Below, one piece after another: positions 41,360 to 50,028 of a stretch of 64,000 nucleotides of DNA. The stretch's first letter is position 1; each line of letters begins with the position of its first letter. Source of the stretch: Halorutilales archaeon Cl-col2-1 (lineage in GTDB: Archaea; Halobacteriota; Halobacteria; Halobacteriales; Afararchaeaceae). The notes under the pieces were generated by a model, which had not been told where the DNA came from, did no database searches, and saw only the letters and a program-made list of their open reading frames with translations. The translations under genes were made by a program, and so were the position numbers. The DNA is taken from contig CP169074.1 of NCBI GenBank assembly GCA_041891055.1, forward strand, positions 256,001 to 320,000, read 5' to 3'.

Positions 41360-41411
41360 ATCCCTCTTGACCGCCGTAACCTCCGGCGGATCGGTGGTGT
41401 AGGGGTCTGTA

Positions 41412-41522
41412 CCCAGCGACGGAGACGAATGTCTTCGGGGTCTTGGTGGCGTTAATAATAGTATTAGTCCCGGTAAAGACGTCTCTGTTTACGCCACGCA
41501 GTCCGAACGTCTCCGTACTGGG
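41412..41522 (-). other. Long imperfect stem-loop in the leader of the DUF5794-like gene (candidate structured RNA)
   Basis: Nested complementary blocks CCCAG/CTGGG, ACGGAGACG/CGTCTCCGT, TTCGG/CCGAA and GTGGCGT/ACGCCAC. Confidence 0.5.
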
Positions 41523-41621
41523 CATCGAAGACATATATAATACGACGGCTCTGAGAGTATTAAGGCTTCCGCCGGGAGCCGTATGACCTAAGAGGCGAAG
41601 GCGCGTAGACCCCGATACCTG

Positions 41622-44036
41622 ATGAGTCAGACTGACCCCGACGGCGACACTGACACCGACCCGTACGGCTGGGAGAACTACTTCCCGTACGACAAGGCTT
41701 ACGATGACCAGAGAGACGGCATAGAGTCAGCCGTCGATGTCGCACGTCGGAACGGCTTTCTCCTCTTAGAGGGTGCCTGTGGAACCGGAAAGACGCTCCT
41801 CTCACTCGCCGCGGGCTTGAGCCTCGTTAGAGACCCCACGTCGAGCTACAAACGTGTACTCGTACTCACGAGCGTCAAACAGCAGACGAAGCAGTTCGAG
41901 ACCGATCTCGCCGAGATAAACTCTTCTCTTCCCGACTCAGACGCGGTCGACTCGGTGACACTCGTCGGGAAGTCGGACGTCTGTCCCTACTCGCGCGAGG
42001 GAATCATCGAAGACGGTCTCTACTCAAAGTGCGAGGATCTGCGTGACGAGACGAGGAGACGTATCTACTCGTCGTCGCGTGACTCCGAGACTGCGGGAGG
42101 TGACAACGTCTCGAAGGCTATCTCGAACGCGGGTCAGATAATGACTCAACACGAGGCGAGGGTCGAGTCAGCTGGTGCTCCGACTCTCGAAACCGCAGGC
42201 GTCGAGTCGCCTTACTCGGAGGAAGTAGACGATGTCTGTCCCTTCTACGCTAGGTACGTCGCCGACACGGTCGACGACGACGCCGAGGTACTCCAACACG
42301 ACGGCGTCCTCACACCGAAGAGACTCGTCGCCGAGGGCGTCAAGAAAGGGACTTGTCCCCACTCGGCGATGGGCGAGATTCTCGACGAAGCCGAGGTTGT
42401 CGTGGGTAACTACCAGCATGCCTTCGATCCGGTTACGGTAGAAGCCTTCACCCGCGAGATAATCGACTCGTCGACTCTCGTCGTCTGTGACGAGGCTCAC
42501 ACCTTAGTCAACAAGGTACGTGAACAGCTCAGCTCTTCGGTGTCTTACACCCATATAGAGAGGGCGGAGAACGAGATAGACGACGTCATCTCTATGGTCT
42601 CAGACGAGAGCCCGAGACAAGACTCGGAGATACTACAAGCCGACACCGATCTCGCGGGCACTATACTCGACGAGAACGACGTCTCTGTCTCAGACCTCAG
42701 GAAAGCGAGAACCTTCCTCAGAGACCTACGTGCCGAGATAGACTCGGTCGTCACGAGCCATCTCGACTCCGAGATAGGAGGCTGGAGAAACGTCATAAGC
42801 GATCTCACGGTCACGGGCGACGAGTATGAGTACGAGATCCCGCTGAGATCGCCCGAAAAGCCCGACGAGGTCGACGAGATAACCCGGTCACTCGACTCTT
42901 ACGACGAAGGTGACTGGATGACGGTCGGACGTGTCGGCTGGGTCGTCGGAGGTGTCCTCGATAACGTCTACGAGTCACACGACTTCGACTCTATGAGAGC
43001 GGCACCCGTCGTCGGAAACCTCGTCCAGTCGTGGTACGCTAACGGTACGGGCGAGTACTTCCGACAGCTTGAGCTATCACCGAGGGATGACGTCTGGAGA
43101 CAGCCGTCACAGGACTGGAGGCAGGTCTATAAGGGAAGCTTGGTTCTCAGAAACTGTATCCCGAGCGAGGAGATACGTGACCGTCTCTCTGAGTTTGGGG
43201 GAGGCGTTCTGATGTCTGCGACACTCGAACCCATCGATGTCTTCCGTCACGAGATAGGCTTCGACTCCGAGGGCTTCGACAGAGACATAGAGGAAAAGAC
43301 CTACGGCCTCGACTTCCCCGAGGAGAACCGTGAGAGTCTCGCAGTCCGTACGCCCAAGTTCAAACACTCGAACCGAGGACCGCGTTTCGTCGACGGCGAG
43401 CCAAACACCGACACCGACGCGAGACGCGCTTGTGTGAGGACGACGGTCGACGTAGTCTCGAACACTCCCGGAAACGTCATGGTCGGGACGCCGTCTTACG
43501 CCGAGGCGGACTGGATGGCGGAGGTTCTGAGAGACAGAGACGACATCGACGCCGAGATACTCGTCGACGAGAGCACCGACGACGAGACGACACAGCGTCT
43601 CAAGTCGAGATTCTTCCGAGGCGACGACAAAGTCTTAGTCACGAGCGTCCTCGGGACACTCACAGAGGGCGTCGACTACGAGGGCGATAAACTCAGAGGC
43701 ATAGTCGTCTGTGGCGTGCCCCTCGCAGACACGTCGGGCGACTACTCAGAGGCGGTCGAGACGGCATACGGAAGAAGGTTCGGAGACGACTCGGCGTATG
43801 ACTACGCCTACACAGTCCCCGCTGTCAGAAAGGTGCGTCAGGCAGTCGGACGTGTCATAAGAGGTGACGACGAGGTAGGTATACGTGTGATCTGTGACGA
43901 GAGATACACGGAGGAACATCTCTGGGACTCGGTGCGTGAGTACTTCCCCGAGTACGAGAGGGACGAGTTCAAGCCCGTGAGTCCCGACATGGTAGATCTC
44001 GGTGTTAAGAGGTTCTGGGACTCACATGAAAAATGA
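41622..44036 (+). CDS. Rad3/XPD-family ATP-dependent DNA helicase
   Basis: Q motif YDDQ, EGACGTGKT, Fe-S cysteines, CDEAH, MSATL, TEGVDY and RQAVGRVIR. Confidence 0.9.
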   Translation: MSQTDPDGDTDTDPYGWENYFPYDKAYDDQRDGIESAVDVARRNGFLLLEGACGTGKTLLSLAAGLSLVRDPTSSYKRVLVLTSVKQQTKQFETDLAEINSSLPDSDAVDSVTLVGKSDVCPYSREGIIEDGLYSKCEDLRDETRRRIYSSSRDSETAGGDNVSKAISNAGQIMTQHEARVESAGAPTLETAGVESPYSEEVDDVCPFYARYVADTVDDDAEVLQHDGVLTPKRLVAEGVKKGTCPHSAMGEILDEAEVVVGNYQHAFDPVTVEAFTREIIDSSTLVVCDEAHTLVNKVREQLSSSVSYTHIERAENEIDDVISMVSDESPRQDSEILQADTDLAGTILDENDVSVSDLRKARTFLRDLRAEIDSVVTSHLDSEIGGWRNVISDLTVTGDEYEYEIPLRSPEKPDEVDEITRSLDSYDEGDWMTVGRVGWVVGGVLDNVYESHDFDSMRAAPVVGNLVQSWYANGTGEYFRQLELSPRDDVWRQPSQDWRQVYKGSLVLRNCIPSEEIRDRLSEFGGGVLMSATLEPIDVFRHEIGFDSEGFDRDIEEKTYGLDFPEENRESLAVRTPKFKHSNRGPRFVDGEPNTDTDARRACVRTTVDVVSNTPGNVMVGTPSYAEADWMAEVLRDRDDIDAEILVDESTDDETTQRLKSRFFRGDDKVLVTSVLGTLTEGVDYEGDKLRGIVVCGVPLADTSGDYSEAVETAYGRRFGDDSAYDYAYTVPAVRKVRQAVGRVIRGDDEVGIRVICDERYTEEHLWDSVREYFPEYERDEFKPVSPDMVDLGVKRFWDSHEK

Positions 44037-44041
44037 CATGA

Positions 44042-44710
44042 CTATCTACCTCTCTCGTCTCCGTATATGTCGACGTGGAGACGTGGCGAGAGACGGAATC
44101 CGCGTTCCTTACAGATCTCGGCTATCCATCTCGCTCTCTGTCTGACAGTCTCGGAGTCGGTTCCCTCTGGCATTAATACGACCTTCTCGTCGTCTGCTTC
44201 TACGTCTCCGAGTATCCCATCGATCTCCTCTAAGTCGTCCTCGTCGGTCACCACGAACTTGAGCTGGTAGTCGTAGTTCGATATCCATCTCTGTATGACG
44301 TCGGTGTCGATACGTCTCTTGTCGTGTCTCTCGTCCCAGTCGTCTCCGGTCTCAGGCGTCGAGTTCGAGAGCTTCGGAGACAGAGACATCAGGTCGGCGT
44401 CTATCTCCTCGTAGACTGTCGCGTTAGTCTCGACAGTCACGTGTCCGTCGAGCCTCTCACAGAGGACATCTATCTCGTCGTGTATGAGTGGCTCGCCTCC
44501 CGTCACGACGTAATGTGACGCGCCATAGCTCTCCGCCTCCTCGACGACCTCGTCGACCGTCATCTCGTCGCCCTCGGGGTTCCACGACGTGTAGGCGGAG
44601 TCACACCAGCTACACCGGAGGTTACAGCCCGACGTACGTATGAAGACGCTCGGGACTCCGACGAGACGTCCTTCTCCCTGTACCGAGTAGAATATCTCGC
44701 TTATGTACAT
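44042..44710 (-). CDS. queE: 7-carboxy-7-deazaguanine synthase
   Basis: Motifs EIFYSVQGEG, GCNLRCSWCD, TGGEP, ETN and SPRLH. Confidence 0.92.
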   Translation of the reverse strand: MYISEIFYSVQGEGRLVGVPSVFIRTSGCNLRCSWCDSAYTSWNPEGDEMTVDEVVEEAESYGASHYVVTGGEPLIHDEIDVLCERLDGHVTVETNATVYEEIDADLMSLSPKLSNSTPETGDDWDERHDKRRIDTDVIQRWISNYDYQLKFVVTDEDDLEEIDGILGDVEADDEKVVLMPEGTDSETVRQRARWIAEICKERGFRLSPRLHVDIYGDERGR

Positions 44711-45357
44711 GGGTCTTCGACACCCGCTTCCTCGAAGCCTCTCGCGCGTTCTTCACACGACGCACAGACGCCACAGGGCTCGTCGCTCGCCTGGTAACAC
44801 GACCACGTGTGCTCGAAGGGCACGCCGAGTTGGTCGCCTCTGCGTATTATCTCGGGCTTCTCGTACTCGACGACGGGACGTCTGACCTCGAAATCGGCTC
44901 TGTCAGTACCCTCTGAGAGCGCGGTCTCCATCGCGTCGGCGTACTCGTCGCGGCAGTCAGCGTATCCCTCGCGGTCGTCTAAGTTGGGACCGTACCAGAT
45001 ACTTGTCGCACCTTTCTTCTCTGCGACCCCCGCGGCTATCGAGAGAAAGACCGTGTTTCTCATCGGGACATACGACGTCGCGACCCCCTCGTCGTCTATG
45101 TGTTCGGAGAGATCTGTCGAAGACTCGGTGAGCCCCTCGGAGAACTCCGAGAAGACGTCGGTGAGGTCGAACTCGATGAGGTCAACGTCGTAGTAGTCAG
45201 TCAGACGCCGTGCGCAGTCGATCTCCTTCTCCTCCGTAAGCTGTCCGTACGAGAAATGGACTCCGACTGTCTCTCCACCTGCGTCTTCTTCGACCGCCTC
45301 GGCGAGAGTGACACCACTGTCTATACCACCCGAGAGTAAGACGACGTTCTGAGCCAT
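44701..45357 (-). CDS. queC: 7-cyano-7-deazaguanine synthase
   Basis: Motifs LSGGIDS, YVPMRN, YADCR and TWSCY...CGVCASC. Confidence 0.94.
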   Translation of the reverse strand: MAQNVVLLSGGIDSGVTLAEAVEEDAGGETVGVHFSYGQLTEEKEIDCARRLTDYYDVDLIEFDLTDVFSEFSEGLTESSTDLSEHIDDEGVATSYVPMRNTVFLSIAAGVAEKKGATSIWYGPNLDDREGYADCRDEYADAMETALSEGTDRADFEVRRPVVEYEKPEIIRRGDQLGVPFEHTWSCYQASDEPCGVCASCEERARGFEEAGVEDPCT

Positions 45358-45358
45358 C

Positions 45359-45544
45359 TCAGTCGTCCCCCTCGGTCTCGTCTATCCTTCCCCTTCTCCT
45401 GTCGACCTCGTCCATCTGGTCGAGCATCTTCCTCAGAGAGCTCCTGACGGCGTCCGACATAGAGACGAACTTACGGTCGTCTCCGACGTGTTCCTCGACG
45501 TCCTCTAAGAGCTCACGCGGGACGTCGACGCTTATCTTGGGCAT
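45359..45544 (-). CDS. Ribbon-helix-helix (CopG/MetJ) protein
   Basis: MPKISVDVP...SMSDAVRSSLR. First gene of the que operon, with an AT-rich TATA region upstream. Confidence 0.82.
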   Translation of the reverse strand: MPKISVDVPRELLEDVEEHVGDDRKFVSMSDAVRSSLRKMLDQMDEVDRRRGRIDETEGDD

Positions 45545-45593
45545 ACTATTACTAGACGAATACTATTTATAAGAGTATGGATATATGGACTGA

Positions 45594-46289
45594 TCAGTCC
45601 GCGACTGCTGTGACGATATGTACGACCAAGACAACACCGGTCGCAAGGGTAAGCCAGATATGAACTGTGCGCCACTTACTTAGGACGACTTTGTTCGATA
45701 TATCACGTATTCGTCCCACGATCTCGGCGGTCTCGTCTCCTCTTCCGAGACGCATTACGTGTCTGTGTATACGTCTTCCGTATACGCCGCTGATCACCTC
45801 TACTCCCAACAGAATACCTACTAGGAGACCCGTTTCTTCCCACTCCTCGACGAAGACAAAATGAGGGAGAGTCAGAGCCGTTCCGGCGAGCATCGTCCAC
45901 TCGTGAGCCTGTAAAAGATTCCTCCTGTACTTCGACGGGACTACTGAGAGACGTTTTCCCGCCGAGTAGCCCAAGACGCCGACGACGAGTACTGTCACGC
46001 CAATCTCGACTAAGCCAATATACGGTGCTTCGTTAGTCTCACCGCCGAGCCCCCACCAGTCAGGGAGTAGACTCACTCCCTCCTCGCTTTCTTCCTCGAA
46101 CTCCTCACCTTCTTCCTCTCCGAACTCCTGAAGCTGATACTCGTCTACGGAGCCCGAGTCTGTGAACTCCAGTACACTCAGACTGTTCGATCCGTCGGAT
46201 GTATCGACATGACCAGAAACAGACAGTCCAACTGCCAACGCGCTAACGAGTAGACCTGCTACTGCGATCTTTTTTGGTGTAACCTTCAT
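45594..46289 (-). CDS. Membrane protein with cytochrome-b-like His pairs and an acidic N-terminal loop
   Basis: Signal/TM segment, Glu-rich stretch, then TM helices with H-x13-H twice (HEWTMLAGTALTLPH, HIWLTLATGVVLVVH). Confidence 0.7.
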   Translation of the reverse strand: MKVTPKKIAVAGLLVSALAVGLSVSGHVDTSDGSNSLSVLEFTDSGSVDEYQLQEFGEEEGEEFEEESEEGVSLLPDWWGLGGETNEAPYIGLVEIGVTVLVVGVLGYSAGKRLSVVPSKYRRNLLQAHEWTMLAGTALTLPHFVFVEEWEETGLLVGILLGVEVISGVYGRRIHRHVMRLGRGDETAEIVGRIRDISNKVVLSKWRTVHIWLTLATGVVLVVHIVTAVAD

Positions 46290-46325
46290 GTTCTGAATAC
46301 CGGTGTTGTTTGAGAAAAGAATTCA

Positions 46326-46405
46326 CGTACAGAAGTCGAATCTTTCGAGAAAGCCTTTCGATGACTGTACGAAGTTTCGAGCGGTGTACGCGAAGCTGTA
46401 TATTT
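46326..46405. promoter_or_regulatory. Divergent promoter with three TTCGA-N4-TGTACG operator-like sites
   Basis: Minus-strand copy at 46326-46340. Plus-strand copies at 46357-46371 and 46376-46390, directly before GTATATTT. Confidence 0.7.
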
Positions 46406-46429
46406 GGGTACTCCTTCTCGAAGACTGTA

Positions 46430-46780
46430 ATGAGAGTTCCAGTACCCAGGAACAGCCTCGTCGTGATGGCGCTGATAGGCGCAGTTCTGACGGGAGGGAT
46501 AGCCTACGGTCTCGCTACTACAGACTCGGCGAACACAGGAGCCAATGCGGGTCAGACGGTGTCTCAGGAGTCGACAGTCTCAAACGGTACAGTAACGAAG
46601 CTGTCTTCAGGCACTCCTACGCCGAACCAGAACTTCACTCCCAACGTCAAACAGCAGACGGGTTACTCTGAGGAGTATGAGGAAGAATACGATGAAGAAT
46701 ACGAAGAGGAGGAGTATGAAGAGGAAGAGTACGAGGGAGAGCGCAGAGAAGAAAACAGAGAGGGCGAAGAGAGAGACTGA
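46430..46780 (+). CDS. Small exported or membrane-anchored protein with Glu/Tyr-repeat tail
   Basis: ATG 46430 follows a TATA-like box. Hydrophobic N-terminus, Thr/Ser/Asn linker and EEYEEEYDEEYEEEEY tail. Ends 2 bp before apbE. Confidence 0.7.
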   Translation: MRVPVPRNSLVVMALIGAVLTGGIAYGLATTDSANTGANAGQTVSQESTVSNGTVTKLSSGTPTPNQNFTPNVKQQTGYSEEYEEEYDEEYEEEEYEEEEYEGERREENREGEERD

Positions 46781-46782
46781 CA

Positions 46783-47724
46783 ATGTCGATTTCAGCCGCG
46801 TCCTTAGGTTTACGTTCTAAGCTCGGCGAGTCGGAGGTAGTCTTTGAGTGCTGTGATACAGAATTCCGCCTGAGGGCTAAGGGTCTACGTGCGTCGAGAG
46901 CCGTCTCCGAGGCGCGAGGTAAGGCAGAGACACTCGAATCCGAACTCGATGCCTTCGACGAGACGAGTGCTGTCTCGTGTCTCAACTCCGACGGATGGGT
47001 AGAGAGCTACCACGTCCGTAGAGTAGTCGAACGTGGGATAGAGTACTACTGCCTCACGGACGGAGTACTCGACATACGTCACGGCGAGGTCGAGAGACAG
47101 ATCAAGTCCTACATACGCGGTGAGAGATCTGAGGTGGATGTAGGAAGTCTCGACGGGGTCGAGGGGGATATGGAGGATGATGTACTTATTGAGGATGACG
47201 AAGTCAGAGTCTCGCGTGACATTAAACTCGATCTCAACTCTCTCGCAAAGGGATATATAGTCGACGCCGCGCTCGAAGAACTCGACCGGCTCGGTGTCGA
47301 GGGATTCGTCGATGGAGGCGGGGACATAGCCACTACGTATCCGATTAGGGTAGGCATCGAGAGCCCGTACCCCTCCGAGAAGCCGTTGAAGAAAATCAAG
47401 ACTGACTGGAGTATAGCCACGTCGGGAGGGTACAGACGCAGACGTTCAGACGTTGACCACATTTACAGACCTAGATCTGACACCGATACCAATACTGACA
47501 GTGACGCGGGCAAAGTTGAGGTTGGATCGAAGAACAGATCCGTAACGGTCGTGTCTGAACGAGACTGTACCGAAGCCGATGCCCTAGCCACAGCAGTCTC
47601 GGCATTAGACCCCGACGAGGCTATCGAGTTGATCGAGGAACGTGAGGGCACCGAGGCATTTCTCGTCCACTCGGGCGTTTTAAAAAAGACATCCGGGTTC
47701 GAGGAACATGAAGCAGAAACATAG
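46783..47724 (+). CDS. apbE: FAD:protein FMN transferase (ApbE family)
   Basis: Motifs DLNSLAKGYIVD, DGGGDI, IATSGGYRR, DHIYRP and SVTVV...ADALATA. No signal peptide is visible. Confidence 0.88.
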   Translation: MSISAASLGLRSKLGESEVVFECCDTEFRLRAKGLRASRAVSEARGKAETLESELDAFDETSAVSCLNSDGWVESYHVRRVVERGIEYYCLTDGVLDIRHGEVERQIKSYIRGERSEVDVGSLDGVEGDMEDDVLIEDDEVRVSRDIKLDLNSLAKGYIVDAALEELDRLGVEGFVDGGGDIATTYPIRVGIESPYPSEKPLKKIKTDWSIATSGGYRRRRSDVDHIYRPRSDTDTNTDSDAGKVEVGSKNRSVTVVSERDCTEADALATAVSALDPDEAIELIEEREGTEAFLVHSGVLKKTSGFEEHEAET

Positions 47725-47995
47725 GAGAGCTGTGACTTTCGCCGCCGTAGTTGTCCTAATACTATCGGTAGCTGTCACGTGGCAGGTGGGTGGCTACCGG
47801 GAGACACAGGCGGAAGAGTCGAAGACGGCGGATCTGGTCAACAGCCAGGTTGAGGAACGTCACTCCACCAACGACTATGACGGAGACGGAATCCCTGATG
47901 CGTCTGACCGATGTCCGACACGTCCTGAGACACAGAACGGCTTCGAGGACTCCGACGGCTGTCCAGACATAGTCACGACCACGGGGGCGTCTTAA
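47708..47995 (+). CDS. Small anchored protein with a thrombospondin-type-3-like Ca-binding repeat and C-terminal TGAS
   Basis: N-terminus HRRAVTF plus hydrophobic helix, then DYDGDGIPDASDRCP...DSDGCPD, ending DIVTTTGAS. Overlaps both neighbours. Confidence 0.75.
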   Translation: MKQKHRRAVTFAAVVVLILSVAVTWQVGGYRETQAEESKTADLVNSQVEERHSTNDYDGDGIPDASDRCPTRPETQNGFEDSDGCPDIVTTTGAS

Positions 47996-48549
47996 TGAGT
48001 GTTGTGACTTTCGAGACCCTCTGGTATATCGACAGGGCGGCGGGACTCGTCTCGTATGTCTCGCTATATCTCGCCGTACTCACGGGAGTCTTCTATAACA
48101 CGAAGAGGTTCGGAGAGCTACACAGAGCCGCCGACAGGGTACACGTCCCCATCTCAGTCTTTGCCACACTAACCATTCTCGGACACGGAATCGTGGGAGC
48201 CGTCGACACCTTAGCCATCTTAGACGGCGCGGTTCCGTCCCCCAATTACCCTATAAACTTCTTCGTCAACGGAGTCCTCGTCGGGGTCGGAGGTCTACTA
48301 CTCCTCGTGGTCGCAGTCGTTGCCTTCCTCGACCCGAGACGTTTCGACAGACCTTACAGTCCCCGTGTCGTTCACGCCTTCGCGTATGGAGGATATGCCT
48401 TCGCAACGATACATGCTGTCGCAGTCGGAACTGAGATTAGAAGACTACTCCGCGTTTCGATACTGAGTTCGGTGGCTTTCGTGGTCTACCTCTTGATCGT
48501 GAGATCTCTGAGTGCCGAACTCGGTAAAAATGACAAAAGGACGGCTTAA
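47995..48549 (+). CDS. Ferric-reductase-like (MsrQ-like) transmembrane heme b protein
   Basis: LWYIDRAAGLVSY start and His pairs HVPISVFATLTILGH and HAFAYGGYAFATIH..GT. Coupled by TAATG. Confidence 0.8.
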   Translation: MSVVTFETLWYIDRAAGLVSYVSLYLAVLTGVFYNTKRFGELHRAADRVHVPISVFATLTILGHGIVGAVDTLAILDGAVPSPNYPINFFVNGVLVGVGGLLLLVVAVVAFLDPRRFDRPYSPRVVHAFAYGGYAFATIHAVAVGTEIRRLLRVSILSSVAFVVYLLIVRSLSAELGKNDKRTA

Positions 48550-48557
48550 GTATTATA

Positions 48558-49492
48558 GGCTCTGGTGAACCACTAGACTACGTTGGATTAAGCCACTAAT
48601 GCAAAGGAGATGAAGCGGGAAGTTTTCGGTGACATGTCCAAAATCTCCCGCTTCACTGATAGAGTCGTGACATTAGCTAAAAACGCTGTTGGTGGTCGGA
48701 GCGAAGCCGCCGCCCCAGAGCAGGGTGGCGGCTTCGCGGATTACGCCATCGTTTCTCTCCACTGTCTACGGATTTACTTGGAGAAATCTTACAGAGAAGC
48801 ACTCGATCTGTTGAGCGAGATGCCAAGAATCCTTGAGGAGATCGGCCTCGAAGAGGACGATCTCCCTCACCATTCAACCCTAGTCAAAGCATTCGATAGG
48901 ATAGAGATGGGTGTATGGAGAGTACTTCTCCGTCTCTCTTCGGAACTACACGACAACACCGGCCACACTGCTATGGACTCTACTTACTTCGACCGAGAAA
49001 ACGCTAGCAAACACTACTGCCGTAGGACGAATTACCGTGTCCAGACACTCAAAGCTACAGCCCTCGTCGACACAGAAACTCAAGCAGTCCTTGACCTTCA
49101 CTGCACGACTGAGAAACGCCATGATACTCAGCTCGGCTTGCAGGTCGCACTGCGGAACGCAGGCGACCTGCATACCCTCGCTGCCGACAAAGGCTATGAC
49201 TGGATGAAACTACGTGAAAAATTACGAGAAGAAGACGTAAGACCACTCATCAAACACCGGGAGTTCCGACCCATCGATCAGGCGCATAACGCCAGAATCG
49301 ATGGGTCTCTCTATGGTCAAAGATCCATGTCTGAAACCGTCTTCTCAAACATCAAGCGCACGCTCGGCACTGCCGTGCGTGCGCGTGCCTGGTACAGAGA
49401 ATTTCGTGAACTCGTCCTGATCTGCTCTGTCTATAACATCAAACATGCCGTAAAACAGTAAATCAAGTTACGTATGGTGATTCACCAAAGCC
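48558..49492 (+). mobile_element. IS5-family insertion sequence (ISH9-like), 935 bp
   Basis: IRs GGCTCTGGTGAACCAC and GGCTTTGGTGAATCAC (revcomp). Perfect 8-bp TSD GTATTATA at 48550-48557 and 49493-49500. Confidence 0.92.
48634..49461 (+). CDS. IS5-family DDE transposase (intact)
   Basis: MSKISRFT start, PHHSTL, AMDSTYF, ADKGYD and YGQRSMSETVFSNIKR. Confidence 0.92.
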   Translation: MSKISRFTDRVVTLAKNAVGGRSEAAAPEQGGGFADYAIVSLHCLRIYLEKSYREALDLLSEMPRILEEIGLEEDDLPHHSTLVKAFDRIEMGVWRVLLRLSSELHDNTGHTAMDSTYFDRENASKHYCRRTNYRVQTLKATALVDTETQAVLDLHCTTEKRHDTQLGLQVALRNAGDLHTLAADKGYDWMKLREKLREEDVRPLIKHREFRPIDQAHNARIDGSLYGQRSMSETVFSNIKRTLGTAVRARAWYREFRELVLICSVYNIKHAVKQ

Positions 49493-49505
49493 GTATTATA
49501 TCATA

Positions 49506-50024
49506 TCAGTAGCCCTCCCAGAGACCCAGCATCTTATCGACGAGGCGGTCGGAGAAGCTCTTTCTGTGTACTGTGTAGAGACGTCTGATCTTGTCAGGCT
49601 CCTTGAGTGAGTAGAGTACGCTACGACCCTCCCTCTCCTTCTCGACGACGTCTTCTTCTTCGAGACGTGAGAGGTGCCACGATATAGTCGAGCGTGACTT
49701 GTCTATCCTCTCGCTAAGCTCGGAGGTTGAGAGCGCGCCCTCGTCGGCTAGATGTCCTATTATGCGCCGCGAGTACTCACGTCTCAGAGCGTTCATAACT
49801 GCTTTGTCCTCGGATTCGAAAGAATCTGATGTGTAGTAACGCGTGTAGTCGCCATCGTCTGATACTTCTACGAGACCCTCGTCTTCGAGCTGTCTCAGCT
49901 GATACTGGAGAGTACCCTGTGCGTAGTCGAGTTCTCGGAGTAGCTCGCGGAAATGGATGCCGGGAGTTGAGTCTATCTCCATGTATATGTCGCGTCTCGA
50001 CTTCAGATCGGGCTCGTCGTCCAT
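49506..50024 (-). CDS. Double winged-helix (ArsR-like) transcriptional regulator
   Basis: PGIHFRELLREL...GTLQYQL and a second HTH, STSELSERIDKSRSTISWHLSRL. Confidence 0.85.
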   Translation of the reverse strand: MDDEPDLKSRRDIYMEIDSTPGIHFRELLRELDYAQGTLQYQLRQLEDEGLVEVSDDGDYTRYYTSDSFESEDKAVMNALRREYSRRIIGHLADEGALSTSELSERIDKSRSTISWHLSRLEEEDVVEKEREGRSVLYSLKEPDKIRRLYTVHRKSFSDRLVDKMLGLWEGY

Positions 50025-50028
50025 TTTC

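Noticed and set aside
41322-41534. 70-aa ORF upstream of the DUF5794-like gene
   Set aside because: It is not acidic, starts inside the TATA-like box and overlaps the downstream gene out of frame. The region is better explained as a structured leader.
41622-45544. Helicase plus queC/queE as a 7-deazaguanine DNA-modification or defence island
   Set aside because: There is no dpdA/TGT-like, QatABCD-type or nuclease gene. The helicase is convergent and an ordinary Rad3/XPD type.
46310-46429. Longer N-terminus for the Glu/Tyr-tail protein
   Set aside because: It runs through the operator sites and TATA box. ATG 46430 gives a normal signal-like N-terminus.
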